Made by a program: the position numbers and the translations under genes. Shown one piece after another: positions 19,719 through 29,125 of a stretch of 57,058 bases of DNA. The DNA lies in contig JBDRLB010000029.1 in NCBI GenBank assembly GCA_043813365.1, positions 1 to 57,058 on the forward strand, given 5' to 3'. How positions within the stretch are numbered: position 1 is the first letter of the stretch; each line of letters starts with the position of its first letter. The DNA is from Candidatus Micrarchaeota archaeon (GTDB lineage Archaea > Micrarchaeota > Micrarchaeia > Norongarragalinales > SBBD01). Under the pieces are notes generated by a model that saw nothing but the letters and a program-made list of their open reading frames with translations, had not been told where the DNA came from and did no database searches.

Positions 19719-20267
19719 TCAATTTGTTATTGTCGAATTTTCCGCCATCAATACCCCTCCGAAAACCCCGCGCAGCTGCACGCGCAGCGCATCCTCCTTC
19801 AAACGCTCCTTGTCATAAAGCACATTCACGATGCCGTTCTCGATTTTCAGGCAATTGCAGCTGTCAAGCTTCACAACCACCTTTTCATTGCTGCAGAAAT
19901 CCGTATTGTTGACGCAATTGATGAGCCTCATGCTCTCGTTCTTCTCATCAGGAACGAACCCGTACGAATAGAGCGACTTGTTGAAGTAGCTGAATGCTCC
20001 GGCGATTTCAGCTGCCACCAGTCCCACGTATGAGTTGCGCTCATCCTCGCCTGGATAAAGGTATTGCTTAAGCACCAGCCTGTTGGGCGAGAAAACGGAC
20101 GCCATCTCGTCATATGGGTCCCCTTTCGAGAGAACCTTGAGCCCCTTCACGTCATGCTCCCTTAATTGCGAGGAAAAGAAGTAGAACGATGCGGTGAACA
20201 CCAAAATCCCGAGCACTGCAAGCATCGCGTATTCGGTGGTCTTGTCCTCTTTCTTCTTCGAAGCCAT
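19719..20267 (-). CDS. membrane-anchored extracellular protein, hypothetical
   Basis: N-terminal K-rich stretch plus a single TM. Cys- and Asn-rich ectodomain. No own TATA, so probably co-transcribed with 20357..21664. Confidence 0.5.
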   Translation of the reverse strand: MASKKKEDKTTEYAMLAVLGILVFTASFYFFSSQLREHDVKGLKVLSKGDPYDEMASVFSPNRLVLKQYLYPGEDERNSYVGLVAAEIAGAFSYFNKSLYSYGFVPDEKNESMRLINCVNNTDFCSNEKVVVKLDSCNCLKIENGIVNVLYDKERLKEDALRVQLRGVFGGVLMAENSTITN

Positions 20268-20356
20268 ATGTTGTCAGCCCAAAAAGCCGTTCGGATACAC
20301 ATCCCGGAGTTGTCCCCCGGTCCATTCCTGTTCCAATTCCCCCCTTCCTAAGAAAA

Positions 20357-21664
20357 TTAATTTTTGAATTTTGCGAGCACTTCCTCCAGGCTTCCCTGCT
20401 TTTCCTCTATGCCATAGCGAACGCGCACGCTTTTCTTATTGATTTTTAGCAGCTTCCCAAGGTCCATCGGCGTTCCCACGACAACGATTTCGGCATCAGA
20501 TTTGTTGATCGTATCCTCCAGCTCCTTCACTTGAGCATCACTGTAACCCATTGCCGGCAGAATGGTCTGGAGATGCGGGTATTTCCTATACGTCCCAATT
20601 AGGGACCCGGTGGCAAACTTCTTCCCATCGATGATTTCCTTCGCGCCGTATTTCTTTGCCGCAACCCAGCCGGCTCCGATCTTCATCCCTCCGTGCGTAA
20701 GTGTTGGCCCGTCCTCTACAACCAAGACACGTTTTCCCTTTATTGCATCCGGGTCATCGACAATTACGGGCGATTCCGCAAGGATGATTTTTGCCTTCGG
20801 ATTTACGCTTTTCACATTCTCCTGCACCTTCTTAACATTTGCAGCATCGGTCGTATCTGTTTTATTGATCAGCACGACATCCGCCATCCTGACGTTCAAT
20901 GCCCCGGGGTAGTATGTTAGCTCGTGGCCGGCCCTGTGGGGGTCTGCAACCGTGATCAGCAAATCCGGCTTGTAGAATGGGAAATCGTTGTTCCCGCCGT
21001 CCCAAAGTATTACATCCGATTCTTTTTCAGCTGCCTCGAGTATTTTCCCGTAATCCACCCCTGCAAAGACAACGAATCCCTTGTCTATGTGTTGCTCGTA
21101 CTCCTCACGCTCCTCAATTGTGCACTTGTGCTTTCCAAGGTCCTCATACGAGCCAAAGCGCTGCACTATCTGCTCCTTCAAATCCCCATAGGGCATCGGA
21201 TGCCTGATTATTGCAGCCTTCTTTCCCCATTTCTTGAGAATTGATGCGACTTTATTGGAAGTCTGCGATTTGCCGCATCCCGTCCGAACCGCGCAAACCG
21301 CAATGACTGGTTTTTTGCTTTTGATCATTGTGGAGTCAGGTCCCAAAAGGCTGAAGTCCGCACCAGCTGCATTCACATCCGACGCTTTTTCCATCAGGTA
21401 TTGGAAGGAGACGTCGCTGTATGCGAAAACCACCAGTTGCGCATTGTGCTTCTTGATCAGTTCCGCCAATTGCGTTTCCGGGTGTATGGGTATCCCATTC
21501 GGGTACCTCTTTCCCGCAAGTTCTTTTGGGTAAATTTTCTCGTCAATTCCGGGGATCTGGGTTGCCGTGAAGCATACGACCTCATAATCCGGGTTATCCC
21601 GGAAGTAAGTGTTGAAATTATGGAAATCCCTGCCCGCTGCACCCATTATTATTGCCCTCTTCAT
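20357..21664 (-). CDS. COG2403-type predicted P-loop GTPase (often annotated as cyclic 2,3-diphosphoglycerate synthetase-like)
   Basis: IIMGAAGRDFHNFNTYFRDNPDYEVVCFTATQIPGI start and P-loop RTGCGKSQTS. AGGTGAT Shine-Dalgarno 5 nt before ATG 21664. Confidence 0.6.
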   Translation of the reverse strand: MKRAIIMGAAGRDFHNFNTYFRDNPDYEVVCFTATQIPGIDEKIYPKELAGKRYPNGIPIHPETQLAELIKKHNAQLVVFAYSDVSFQYLMEKASDVNAAGADFSLLGPDSTMIKSKKPVIAVCAVRTGCGKSQTSNKVASILKKWGKKAAIIRHPMPYGDLKEQIVQRFGSYEDLGKHKCTIEEREEYEQHIDKGFVVFAGVDYGKILEAAEKESDVILWDGGNNDFPFYKPDLLITVADPHRAGHELTYYPGALNVRMADVVLINKTDTTDAANVKKVQENVKSVNPKAKIILAESPVIVDDPDAIKGKRVLVVEDGPTLTHGGMKIGAGWVAAKKYGAKEIIDGKKFATGSLIGTYRKYPHLQTILPAMGYSDAQVKELEDTINKSDAEIVVVGTPMDLGKLLKINKKSVRVRYGIEEKQGSLEEVLAKFKN

Positions 21665-21774
21665 TCGTATCACCTGTCTGGCGTTGGCTATGCCTTTAAC
21701 GACCCCCACACCTACAAAACGCCTTACAAATTAATGCTAAAAAGCAATAAAAACCCCCCTTCCGAAATCTTCTT

Positions 21775-22452
21775 ATGGCGGGGAAGAGGAATGCGTCATT
21801 GGAAGCGCTTAAATTTGTGAAGGATGGGATGACCTTGGGGCTTGGCTCTGGGAGTACCGCAGCAATATTCATCGAACTGCTTGCCGAAAAAGTGAAGAAC
21901 GAAAGCCTGAAAATCAAGTGCATCCCGACATCCCTTTCCTCAAAGGCGATTGCATACAAGTGCGGGCTTCCCCTGCTCGAACCATCAGAGGTCCATCGCA
22001 TTGATTTGGCAGTTGACGGCGCTGACTGGGTGGACAAAAAGCTCAACCTCATCAAGGGCGGCGGTGCAGCGCACGTGCGGGAGAAGGTCATTGATTATTT
22101 CGCTGACAAGTTCGTTGTGGTTGTGGATGAGAGCAAACTTACAAAAACTCTGAAAGGCCCGGTTCCGCTGGAAATACTCCATTTTGCGCTTCCGTTTGTT
22201 GAAAAGGAGCTGAAAATGCAATTCAATGCGAAGCTGGAGCTTAGGAGGAAAGGAAACGGCGATGTTTTGCTTTCGGACAACGGGAATTACATTGCGGATG
22301 CCCCATTCAGGGCAATAAAAAATCCCGGCAAGCTTGAAGCGCAACTGGATGCCATTCCCGGCATCATCGGCAACGGCATTTTCTCGAAGAACATCCATGC
22401 AGTTATTGTGGGTTATGAGAAAAAGGCCAAAATATTGAGGAAAAAGCGGTAA
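21775..22452 (+). CDS. rpiA: ribose-5-phosphate isomerase A
   Basis: LGLGSGSTAA and DGADWVDKKLNLIKGGGAAHVREK motifs. Confidence 0.9.
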   Translation: MAGKRNASLEALKFVKDGMTLGLGSGSTAAIFIELLAEKVKNESLKIKCIPTSLSSKAIAYKCGLPLLEPSEVHRIDLAVDGADWVDKKLNLIKGGGAAHVREKVIDYFADKFVVVVDESKLTKTLKGPVPLEILHFALPFVEKELKMQFNAKLELRRKGNGDVLLSDNGNYIADAPFRAIKNPGKLEAQLDAIPGIIGNGIFSKNIHAVIVGYEKKAKILRKKR

Positions 22453-22456
22453 TGGG

Positions 22457-22464
22457 TTTTTAAT
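22457..22464 (+). promoter_or_regulatory. TATA-box-like element for the small pilin gene (leaderless)
   Basis: TTTTTAAT centred about 26 nt upstream of ATG 22486. Confidence 0.45.
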
Positions 22465-22485
22465 CTTCATTTGAGTGTTGGTTAT

Positions 22486-22659
22486 ATGGATGAGAAAGCG
22501 CAAACTGCAATAGAATACATTCTGCTCATCGGTTCCGTGATCTTTTTGGTGATCATCGTGTTCTTCATAGTGAAGGACAAGGTGTTTGGCGGGTCGGGGA
22601 GCAGCATTACGAATAATTCCGACTCGATTTCATCGACAATACGGAACGTAACCCGGTAA
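22486..22659 (+). CDS. small type IV pilin-like protein with class III signal peptide (DUF361-type)
   Basis: MDEKA|QTAIEYILLIGSVIFLVIIVFF gives a short charged leader, a QTAIEY motif and a hydrophobic helix. 57 aa. Confidence 0.7.
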   Translation: MDEKAQTAIEYILLIGSVIFLVIIVFFIVKDKVFGGSGSSITNNSDSISSTIRNVTR

Positions 22660-22764
22660 TGCATCACGTGCGGCATGCGTATTTATGGGGTTTTTTGTTC
22701 TACTAATATACTATTCAGCCACCCCTAAAGCAAAGGTATATATTCCGGTTCTGCGTCATAATTC

Positions 22765-22853
22765 TGCGGATTCTGTGAAGGTGGGTTGAACTGGTCGCCC
22801 TTTGGCTCTGAAAGGGGTCAATGCTGATTCTCTTAGGCGACCTGTTCGTTTTT
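22765..22853 (+). ncRNA. candidate small structured RNA (unclassified); boundaries approximate
   Basis: BRE/TATA-like AAAGGTATATATT at 22732-22744. Nested hairpin GGTCGCC(22793-99)/GGCGACC(22836-42) with inner CTTT/AAAG stem. T5 at 22849-22853. Confidence 0.3.
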
Positions 22854-22989
22854 ATCTCAGCTCTAATGGATATTCTACCCCCACAAATGACCGAATCAAT
22901 CCTCCGGACAAGAGCATATTTCTGCCCCGGTTTCATTAGTCCTCTTTCGAAAAAGAAATGATTAATATCCTGATGCCCATAATGTCTCC

Positions 22990-23445
22990 ATGAAGCTCTT
23001 CCCCTTCCTCCTTCTGCTTCCCATTTTGCTTTTGCAAGGCTGTTCAACAATCCGGCCCCCTCAGCCCTCCCCATCACCTCCCCCAGAGATCGCAATACCC
23101 CTTCCCAATTATATCGACCTGACCGAATTCACAACGGATTGCGATCGCTACAAATGCTCTGGCCAGCTCCACCTACCGATCCTGGTTGTAACCGAAAGCC
23201 ATCTTAATACGACAACCATGAAGAAGCGCATCATTCCAGTAGATGTTCCCGAATGCCCCATCATTGAAACTGGCTACGACAAGGCCGCATTCTTGTATGA
23301 GAAGCGAGTCATCCCTTCCGAAGGCCACTCCGACTATTTCATACTGCATTACGTTATACCGCTCAAAACCGGGACATTTTCCATAAAGTTCAAGAATTCC
23401 TGCCAAATTAGGGGCAATACCTATACTGTTAAAGTGAGCGGCTGA
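22990..23445 (+). CDS. secreted protein with lipobox-like signal peptide (LLQGC), Pro-rich linker
   Basis: MKLFPFLLLLPILLLQG|C followed by PPQPSPSPPPE. Confidence 0.6.
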   Translation: MKLFPFLLLLPILLLQGCSTIRPPQPSPSPPPEIAIPLPNYIDLTEFTTDCDRYKCSGQLHLPILVVTESHLNTTTMKKRIIPVDVPECPIIETGYDKAAFLYEKRVIPSEGHSDYFILHYVIPLKTGTFSIKFKNSCQIRGNTYTVKVSG

Positions 23446-23449
23446 TAGC

Positions 23450-24013
23450 ATGAAAATCGCAATTTTGCGCTTGGGTCATAGGAAAGGCAGGGACATTCGC
23501 GTCACAACCCACTGCTGCCTTGTTGCAAGGGCTTTTTTCGCATCAGAACTCGTGCTTTCAGGCGAATCCGACGCTTCCATAATCGAAACCGTTTCCAAAG
23601 TCTCAAAAAAATGGGGCGGCGGACTCAAGCTCTCCTACAGGAAGAATTTCCTTTCAGAAATCCGGCAGCGGAAGCGGAAAGGCTTCCTCATAGTGCACCT
23701 TACGATGTACGGCCTCTCCCTTCCAGAACACCTCGCAGAAATCCGAAAAATCGCCTCCAAGAAAGGCATTCTCGTAATTATCGGAGCCGAAAAGGTCCCC
23801 GCATCCGTGTATGCACTCTCCGATTTCAACATCGCCATCACGAACCAGCCCCACTCGGAAGTAGCCGCGCTCGCAATTTTCCTGAATGAGCTCCAGAATG
23901 GCTCCCCACTTCAAAGAAACGCCCAGCGCCACTTCAAAAACGCTCAGATAATAATCACTCCCGGCCAGAAGGATGGTAAAAGTAAAAAAACGAAATCAAC
24001 CAATTCCCACTAA
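23450..24013 (+). CDS. tRNA (cytidine56-2'-O)-methyltransferase aTrm56 (SPOUT)
   Basis: ILRLGHRKGRDIRVTTHCCLVARAF start and C-terminal SPOUT knot region (IAITNQPHSEVAALAIFL). Confidence 0.8.
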   Translation: MKIAILRLGHRKGRDIRVTTHCCLVARAFFASELVLSGESDASIIETVSKVSKKWGGGLKLSYRKNFLSEIRQRKRKGFLIVHLTMYGLSLPEHLAEIRKIASKKGILVIIGAEKVPASVYALSDFNIAITNQPHSEVAALAIFLNELQNGSPLQRNAQRHFKNAQIIITPGQKDGKSKKTKSTNSH

Positions 24014-24023
24014 TTTATTCATT

Positions 24024-25160
24024 CTAAATCATTCCCCCCAACCCATCCATCCCGAACTGGTAGCAGATAGCGGGCACAATAAGGCTCCCCATCAGGAAGC
24101 TCCTCTTCGCCCCCAATTCCCTTCCCACAATTCCCATACTCGCAGCAGTTCCCCCCAATAAGATACCTACAAGGCCGGATGACGCCGCAACGAAAATTAG
24201 TATTGCCGCAACTCCTATTTTCCCAACATTCCTGTTCTCCACCATCCCCACTATTCCCGCGAGCTTTTTTGAGAACGCCGCCAATATGAGCACCGAAAAG
24301 CAAGCCGCCACAATCGAGACCGCTGCAATTACGTTGATCGCCCCGTTCCCGAAAAAATCCGCCATCGGCCGCGCAAGAACAGCCGCATAGCTCCTCGTTT
24401 TCCCTGTAATGGCACTTGCAGCAACATCGTAAAAAACCTTTGAAACCAGCAGCGATGGCACGATAACGCTAATTTTACCCCCATCCCTCAGCACCAACAT
24501 CAAAACCCCCAGCAGCACTCCTACTGTAAGTGCAGGGAACAAAGTTGAGAATGCGCTTGCCGCAACGCACATGAGGATTATTGGAGCGGGCGCCGCATTC
24601 TGGTTTACCCCTTCTGCTTTCCCATCTTCCCTATTTATCCCAAATAAAAGTGCAGGCACCGCAAAAAATCCGGACAGCATTGGAAAAAGGGGCTCCGCAA
24701 CTGCCCCTCCGTAAAAAGTCACCAAGCCCAAAACGCCCGAGAGCAGGAATATTGCCATTCCAACAACTGCCGAACGCAAGCTTTTTTCATTAATGAGCTG
24801 CGAAACGACTATTGCAAGGAAAAGGAATTTCAAATTCTCCGAGAAGCCCGCTTTTGCTGCAGGAAGGCAAATCACGAAAAGCGGCAGCAGAACGATGCAG
24901 AATGCGAACGATTTCAGTGAAATTGCCAATACTTCCTGGAATCCCTTTCCATGCATCCCCGCCTTCCCCATGCCCAGCAGCATGATTGTTGGGAAGATCT
25001 CGAAAAAGGAATGCGAAATTGCAGTTGAAATGGCAAATACGGCCTTCCCCACGGGATTTGAAAAGGACTTTTCAAATATCTGCAGCACGAGGTTTGTGTG
25101 GATGAACGGCACCGCCCCACTGATTCCTGCCATGACCCCCATGAATGCTTCAAGGATCAT
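24024..25160 (-). CDS. polytopic membrane protein, DUF112/TctA-like
   Basis: About 10 hydrophobic segments. N-terminal GISGAVPFIHTN resembles the G-x-PG-x-H-x-N start of archaeal DUF112 proteins. Confidence 0.45.
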   Translation of the reverse strand: MILEAFMGVMAGISGAVPFIHTNLVLQIFEKSFSNPVGKAVFAISTAISHSFFEIFPTIMLLGMGKAGMHGKGFQEVLAISLKSFAFCIVLLPLFVICLPAAKAGFSENLKFLFLAIVVSQLINEKSLRSAVVGMAIFLLSGVLGLVTFYGGAVAEPLFPMLSGFFAVPALLFGINREDGKAEGVNQNAAPAPIILMCVAASAFSTLFPALTVGVLLGVLMLVLRDGGKISVIVPSLLVSKVFYDVAASAITGKTRSYAAVLARPMADFFGNGAINVIAAVSIVAACFSVLILAAFSKKLAGIVGMVENRNVGKIGVAAILIFVAASSGLVGILLGGTAASMGIVGRELGAKRSFLMGSLIVPAICYQFGMDGLGGMI

Positions 25161-25540
25161 TTCCCCTCCACCTGCAGCGAATTATGATTCAACAGCTGCA
25201 AGGAATACCCTTCATCGGATTCCCGAAGCACTCCCTGCACGGAAACGGAATTCCCCCGCGAAATTTTCGCCACCTCTACCGATGCTGCCTCCATCCTTTC
25301 AGCCATCCTCGAAAAAACCGGCACGGAAACGCATCTGCTTTTGCATACCTTGATGAAATAATTCCCCCTCGAATTGCTTATGGATGAAACCTCCCCCCTG
25401 ATCAGCACGAATTTGCCGATGTGCAAATCCGAAATTTCATTGAGCGGTATTTCCTGCGGCCTCATCCCCTTGGAAATCGCAACCAATGCAAGCATCCCCA
25501 GCACCGCGCCCAACAACGACAGAATCAGCAATTTCCGCAT
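25157..25540 (-). CDS. membrane-anchored OB-fold-like protein, hypothetical
   Basis: N-terminal TM then a beta-rich segment (FVLIRGEVSSI...VSVQGVL). ATGA overlap with the downstream DUF112 gene. Confidence 0.45.
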   Translation of the reverse strand: MRKLLILSLLGAVLGMLALVAISKGMRPQEIPLNEISDLHIGKFVLIRGEVSSISNSRGNYFIKVCKSRCVSVPVFSRMAERMEAASVEVAKISRGNSVSVQGVLRESDEGYSLQLLNHNSLQVEGK

Positions 25541-25600
25541 GCTTTTTTTTCCGCACTTCCGGTATAATTGGGTTGGGTTGATTTTTCCTATACTTTTTGT

Positions 25601-26152
25601 TTAATCCTTGTCAATTTTTGGGCAGTGCCTTTTCCCGCGCGACCTCATTTCAGCGGTGATGAGGTTACCAAGCGAGAGGAGCCGGTATCTTCTCCTTAAG
25701 AATTCCGGGTCACGAAGCGAATAGGCCTCCTTGGCCATTTCCAGATAGCGTTTCAGCTTTCCCCCCCTGGCGGGTTGCCTGAGCCCCGCCCTGTTGTAAT
25801 CCGAGGTCGTATGTGGGTCGAAGCCGTACCTCCTCCTCGCAGGTTCCAGCGCCCTTTCCATCCCACGAATGTGCGCCTCGGGGATGCTTCCCAATGAAGC
25901 TTCAACAAGAATAGCAGCTGCACTGTAAAAATCCTTGCCCACCGGGTCGCCCAGTTCCTCGAATTTCCTCAGGAGTGTGGCGCCGTCAATGCCATCATAC
26001 GTTTCTTTCCCCCGAATTTTGACGCGTTTCCTTGCCAGCTGGATTTTCCGCCGTTCTACAAGCGGGCCCACCCTCCTTATTACGAACCTTATGGTTTTCG
26101 ATCCGCCCCTGAATTTCTGAACCCTCGTTTCTATGGCTTCCTCGACATCCAT
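25601..26152 (-). CDS. hypothetical basic protein (183 aa)
   Basis: Clean ATG ORF, R/K-rich. No family recognised. Confidence 0.5.
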   Translation of the reverse strand: MDVEEAIETRVQKFRGGSKTIRFVIRRVGPLVERRKIQLARKRVKIRGKETYDGIDGATLLRKFEELGDPVGKDFYSAAAILVEASLGSIPEAHIRGMERALEPARRRYGFDPHTTSDYNRAGLRQPARGGKLKRYLEMAKEAYSLRDPEFLRRRYRLLSLGNLITAEMRSRGKRHCPKIDKD

Positions 26153-26242
26153 ATTTATTCAATGGAAAATAGTGCTTAAAACCACATCTGTTCTTCCGGG
26201 CTCGCGCTATTCCGGAAGAAAAAATAAAATAAAACGGAAAAA

Positions 26243-27886
26243 TTAGTGCTCCATGTCGCCCATTCCGCCTGCCTGGGGCATTCCCATCGGCTTGCCCCTC
26301 CCGGCAATGATGTCATCAATGCGAAGGATCATCTCCACGACTTCCGAAGCGGACTGTATCGCCTGCTTCTTGATCTTCATCGGCTCGATCACCGAAAGGC
26401 CCCTCATGTCCGCTATTTTGCTAGAATACACATCGACACCGAAAGATTTCCCGACTTTTTCGTGTTTTGTTCTAAGCTCAACGAGCGTATCAATCGCATC
26501 CATGCCGCAGCTTTCCGCAAGCGTCCTGGGAATGACCTCCAGCGATTCCGCAAATGCCTGTATCGCCAGCTGCTCCCTCCCGCCAACTTCGACTGCGAAT
26601 TTCCTGAGCTGCATTGCAAGAGCCATCTCGACGCTTCCGCCTCCGGTAACCACTTTCCCCATTTCAATTGCCGAAGATACCGCCCCGATTGCATCGACAA
26701 CGGCCCTCTCCGCCTCATCAACAACATGCTGCGTGCCGCCCCTCACAAAAATGGTGACTGATTTGGGCTCCTTGCACTTCTCAACGAACACCATGTGCTC
26801 GCCCGCTATCTTCCTCTCCTCAACAAGGCCTGCTTTCCCGAGGTCCTTGTCGCTCAGGTCCTCCAAAGTCGTGGTGATCCTTGCTCCCGTAGCCCTGACG
26901 AGCTTCTCCATGTCGGATTTTTTCACCCTTCTGGCTGCAACTATCCCCTTCTTTGAAAGGTAATGCTGTGCAACATCGTCGATCCCCTTCTGGCAGAAAA
27001 GCACGTTGCATCCCGATTTTGCGACCTTCTCGACCATCTCCTTGAGCATGCTCTCCTCCTGTTCGAGGAAGGCAGTCATCTGGTCCGGCGAAGTGATCGA
27101 AATCCTCGCATCCGTCTCCGTTTTCTCAATCTCCAATGCCGTGTCAACGAGGGCGATTTTCGCGTTCTCCAATTTCTTCGGCATCCCGGGATGCACTATT
27201 TCCTTATCTATCAGCACGCCATTGATTATGGTTGTCTGCGTGACATCCCCCCCCTGCTTCTTCTCGATTTTGATGTAGTCCTTGTCGATAATAATTTTCC
27301 CGTCCTTCGTCTCGGAAACCTGCGTCACCGCACTCACAACGAGCTTCGCAAGCGAATTCTTCGTTGCCCCGGCCCCAATAGTCTTGCTGCCCATCGCAAT
27401 GGCGCCGATTTTTTCCAGCGTTGGAATGTCCTTCACGGTAACGTTGTCCGAAATTTGCAGCAGGATGGCTTGCGCCTTCTCGGCAGCCTGCTTATACCCC
27501 GTGATTATTGTGGAAGCATGAATATTCTGGTCGAGCAGCTCAAGGCTCTTCTTCAGCAATTCGCCTGCAAGCACAACGGCGGTAGTAGTTCCGTCCCCAA
27601 CTTCCTGGTCCTGCGTCTTCGCGATTTCGACCATCATCTTCCCTGCAGGATGCTCAATGTTCATCTCCTGCAAAATGGTCGCTCCGTCATTTGTAATGAC
27701 GATGTCGCCCATGTCATCAACAAGCATCTTGTCCATTCCACGCGGCCCCAAAGTGCTCTTCACCGCCTGTGCCACCGCATACCCAACAGCGATGTTTGTC
27801 CTCTGCGCGTCCCTTCCGAGAATCCTTTGCGCCCCCTCGGGCAGGATCATGATCTGCTGGTTCTGCAACTTCCCTTCATTTGCCAT
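26243..27886 (-). CDS. ths: thermosome subunit (group II chaperonin)
   Basis: [45 protein letters not shown] and a C-terminal GGMGDM tail. GGGGGTG Shine-Dalgarno 8 nt upstream. Confidence 0.95.
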   Translation of the reverse strand: MANEGKLQNQQIMILPEGAQRILGRDAQRTNIAVGYAVAQAVKSTLGPRGMDKMLVDDMGDIVITNDGATILQEMNIEHPAGKMMVEIAKTQDQEVGDGTTTAVVLAGELLKKSLELLDQNIHASTIITGYKQAAEKAQAILLQISDNVTVKDIPTLEKIGAIAMGSKTIGAGATKNSLAKLVVSAVTQVSETKDGKIIIDKDYIKIEKKQGGDVTQTTIINGVLIDKEIVHPGMPKKLENAKIALVDTALEIEKTETDARISITSPDQMTAFLEQEESMLKEMVEKVAKSGCNVLFCQKGIDDVAQHYLSKKGIVAARRVKKSDMEKLVRATGARITTTLEDLSDKDLGKAGLVEERKIAGEHMVFVEKCKEPKSVTIFVRGGTQHVVDEAERAVVDAIGAVSSAIEMGKVVTGGGSVEMALAMQLRKFAVEVGGREQLAIQAFAESLEVIPRTLAESCGMDAIDTLVELRTKHEKVGKSFGVDVYSSKIADMRGLSVIEPMKIKKQAIQSASEVVEMILRIDDIIAGRGKPMGMPQAGGMGDMEH

Positions 27887-28074
27887 AATTTAACACCCCC
27901 TATTTGGAATTTCAATTTGATTAATGCTATCCGCCTGTCCGCTGGAACAATACCTCTAGCCTAGTAATCCGCAAAGTATTAGAGAACAGGGATACTAACT
28001 TTGGAAAACAAATTAATAAGCCTTACGGCTCGCTCATTATCGGCCCTTTGCGGTTAAAAACAGAAAGGAAAAAA

Positions 28075-28854
28075 TCATGCGTATTTCTGCAATACCTGCT
28101 GGAAAGCAGCATATGGCTGCGCGCCTACCACCTGTTCCCCGTTTATGAAGAAGGATGGCGTTCCCGTAACCCCGTTTGCCACTCCCTCCTGCAGCTCTGC
28201 GTTCACATCAGCCGCTTTTGTTCCTCCATCGAGGCATGCATTGAACTTTGCCGTATCCAGCTTCAGATCAGCCGCGTACTTCTTGAGGTCGTCGACAGTG
28301 AGCGCATTCTGGTTGGCAAACAGCTTGTCGTGCATTTCCCAGAACTTGCCCTGCTCCTCAGCGCATAATGTCGCTTCTGCTGCTTTCTCCGCATATGGGT
28401 GTATCTGCGCCAGAGGGAACTGCTTGAAATAGATTTTCGCCTTCCCCGTATCGATCCAATCAGACAATATCGAGGGATATGCGCCGCTTATGAACCTTTC
28501 GCAGTACGGGCACTGGAAATCGGAATATTCGATTATTGTGATCTTTGCGTCCTTGTTCCCCTTCATCGGCACCGTGTCATCCAGCACTACGTTCAGCTGG
28601 TTTGGCTGCGGTTGCGGCGTTGCTGTTGCCTGCGGAGTCGAGGTTCCCTGCAGCTGCTGGCTTCCTCCCTGCACATTGACATTCAGCTTAAGGTTCTGCA
28701 TATTCGTGTTGATGAGGCCGAGATTCGAATTCATCGAGTTTGCAGCATAAACAATCACTCCCGACAATATGATCACGGAAACCACAATAGCTATGGCAAC
28801 CGCATACAGCCCTTCGTTATTATCTTTCTTGTGCATGTGTTCTTCCATTCTCAT
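28075..28854 (-). CDS. membrane-anchored DsbA-family thiol:disulfide oxidoreductase
   Basis: N-terminal TM anchor, Q/T/P linker, thioredoxin fold with IIEYSDFQCPYCERF (CPYC active site). Confidence 0.75.
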   Translation of the reverse strand: MRMEEHMHKKDNNEGLYAVAIAIVVSVIILSGVIVYAANSMNSNLGLINTNMQNLKLNVNVQGGSQQLQGTSTPQATATPQPQPNQLNVVLDDTVPMKGNKDAKITIIEYSDFQCPYCERFISGAYPSILSDWIDTGKAKIYFKQFPLAQIHPYAEKAAEATLCAEEQGKFWEMHDKLFANQNALTVDDLKKYAADLKLDTAKFNACLDGGTKAADVNAELQEGVANGVTGTPSFFINGEQVVGAQPYAAFQQVLQKYA

Positions 28855-29125
28855 CAACCCCCTTTAATCAGAGACAATAGTCGAGCAATTATATCTTTTT
28901 AAACGCTTTGACTTGCTTATCGCTTTTCTCCTTCCATCCCTTCTCTCCTCCCTTGCGTTTCCATGCCTTCCTGCAGCAATTCCCGAACATTCCGCACTTC
29001 ATCCTGAACCAGCATCCTTTTTTCGAAGAAAGTCCCTTATAAGAGTGAGGTTTAAGAATAAAATTGGAGAGGGATCCTGATCGCTGTTTTCGATCCGGAA
29101 TGCAGCTGGCCGCTGTCCGTTTTAC

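Noticed and set aside
19719-20267. N-terminus KTTEYAMLAVLGILVF as a degenerate class III (pilin) signal
   Set aside because: It lacks the G/A at -1 and the Q at +1 seen in the two clear QTAIEY pilins, so it is treated as an ordinary signal anchor.
22715-23095. 126-aa minus-strand ORF spanning the 22660-22990 gap
   Set aside because: It overlaps the start of the lipoprotein gene by about 100 nt and has a basic, low-information composition with no RBS or TATA at a sensible distance from its first start. A shorter internal version (22715..22936) cannot be excluded, but it has no support.
26246-27964. Long + strand ORFs (26246..26761, 26253..26963, 26963..27964 and several shorter ones) antisense to the thermosome gene
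   Set aside because: The minus strand encodes an unmistakable full-length group II chaperonin. The antisense ORFs are low-complexity (S/P/L/R-rich) shadows with no motifs.
28889-29002. 37-aa basic Cys-containing ORF (MKCGMFGNCCRKAWKRKGGEKGWKEKSDKQVKAFKKI) on the minus strand
   Set aside because: It is too short, with no convincing RBS or correctly spaced TATA. It could be 3' UTR of the zinc-ribbon gene.
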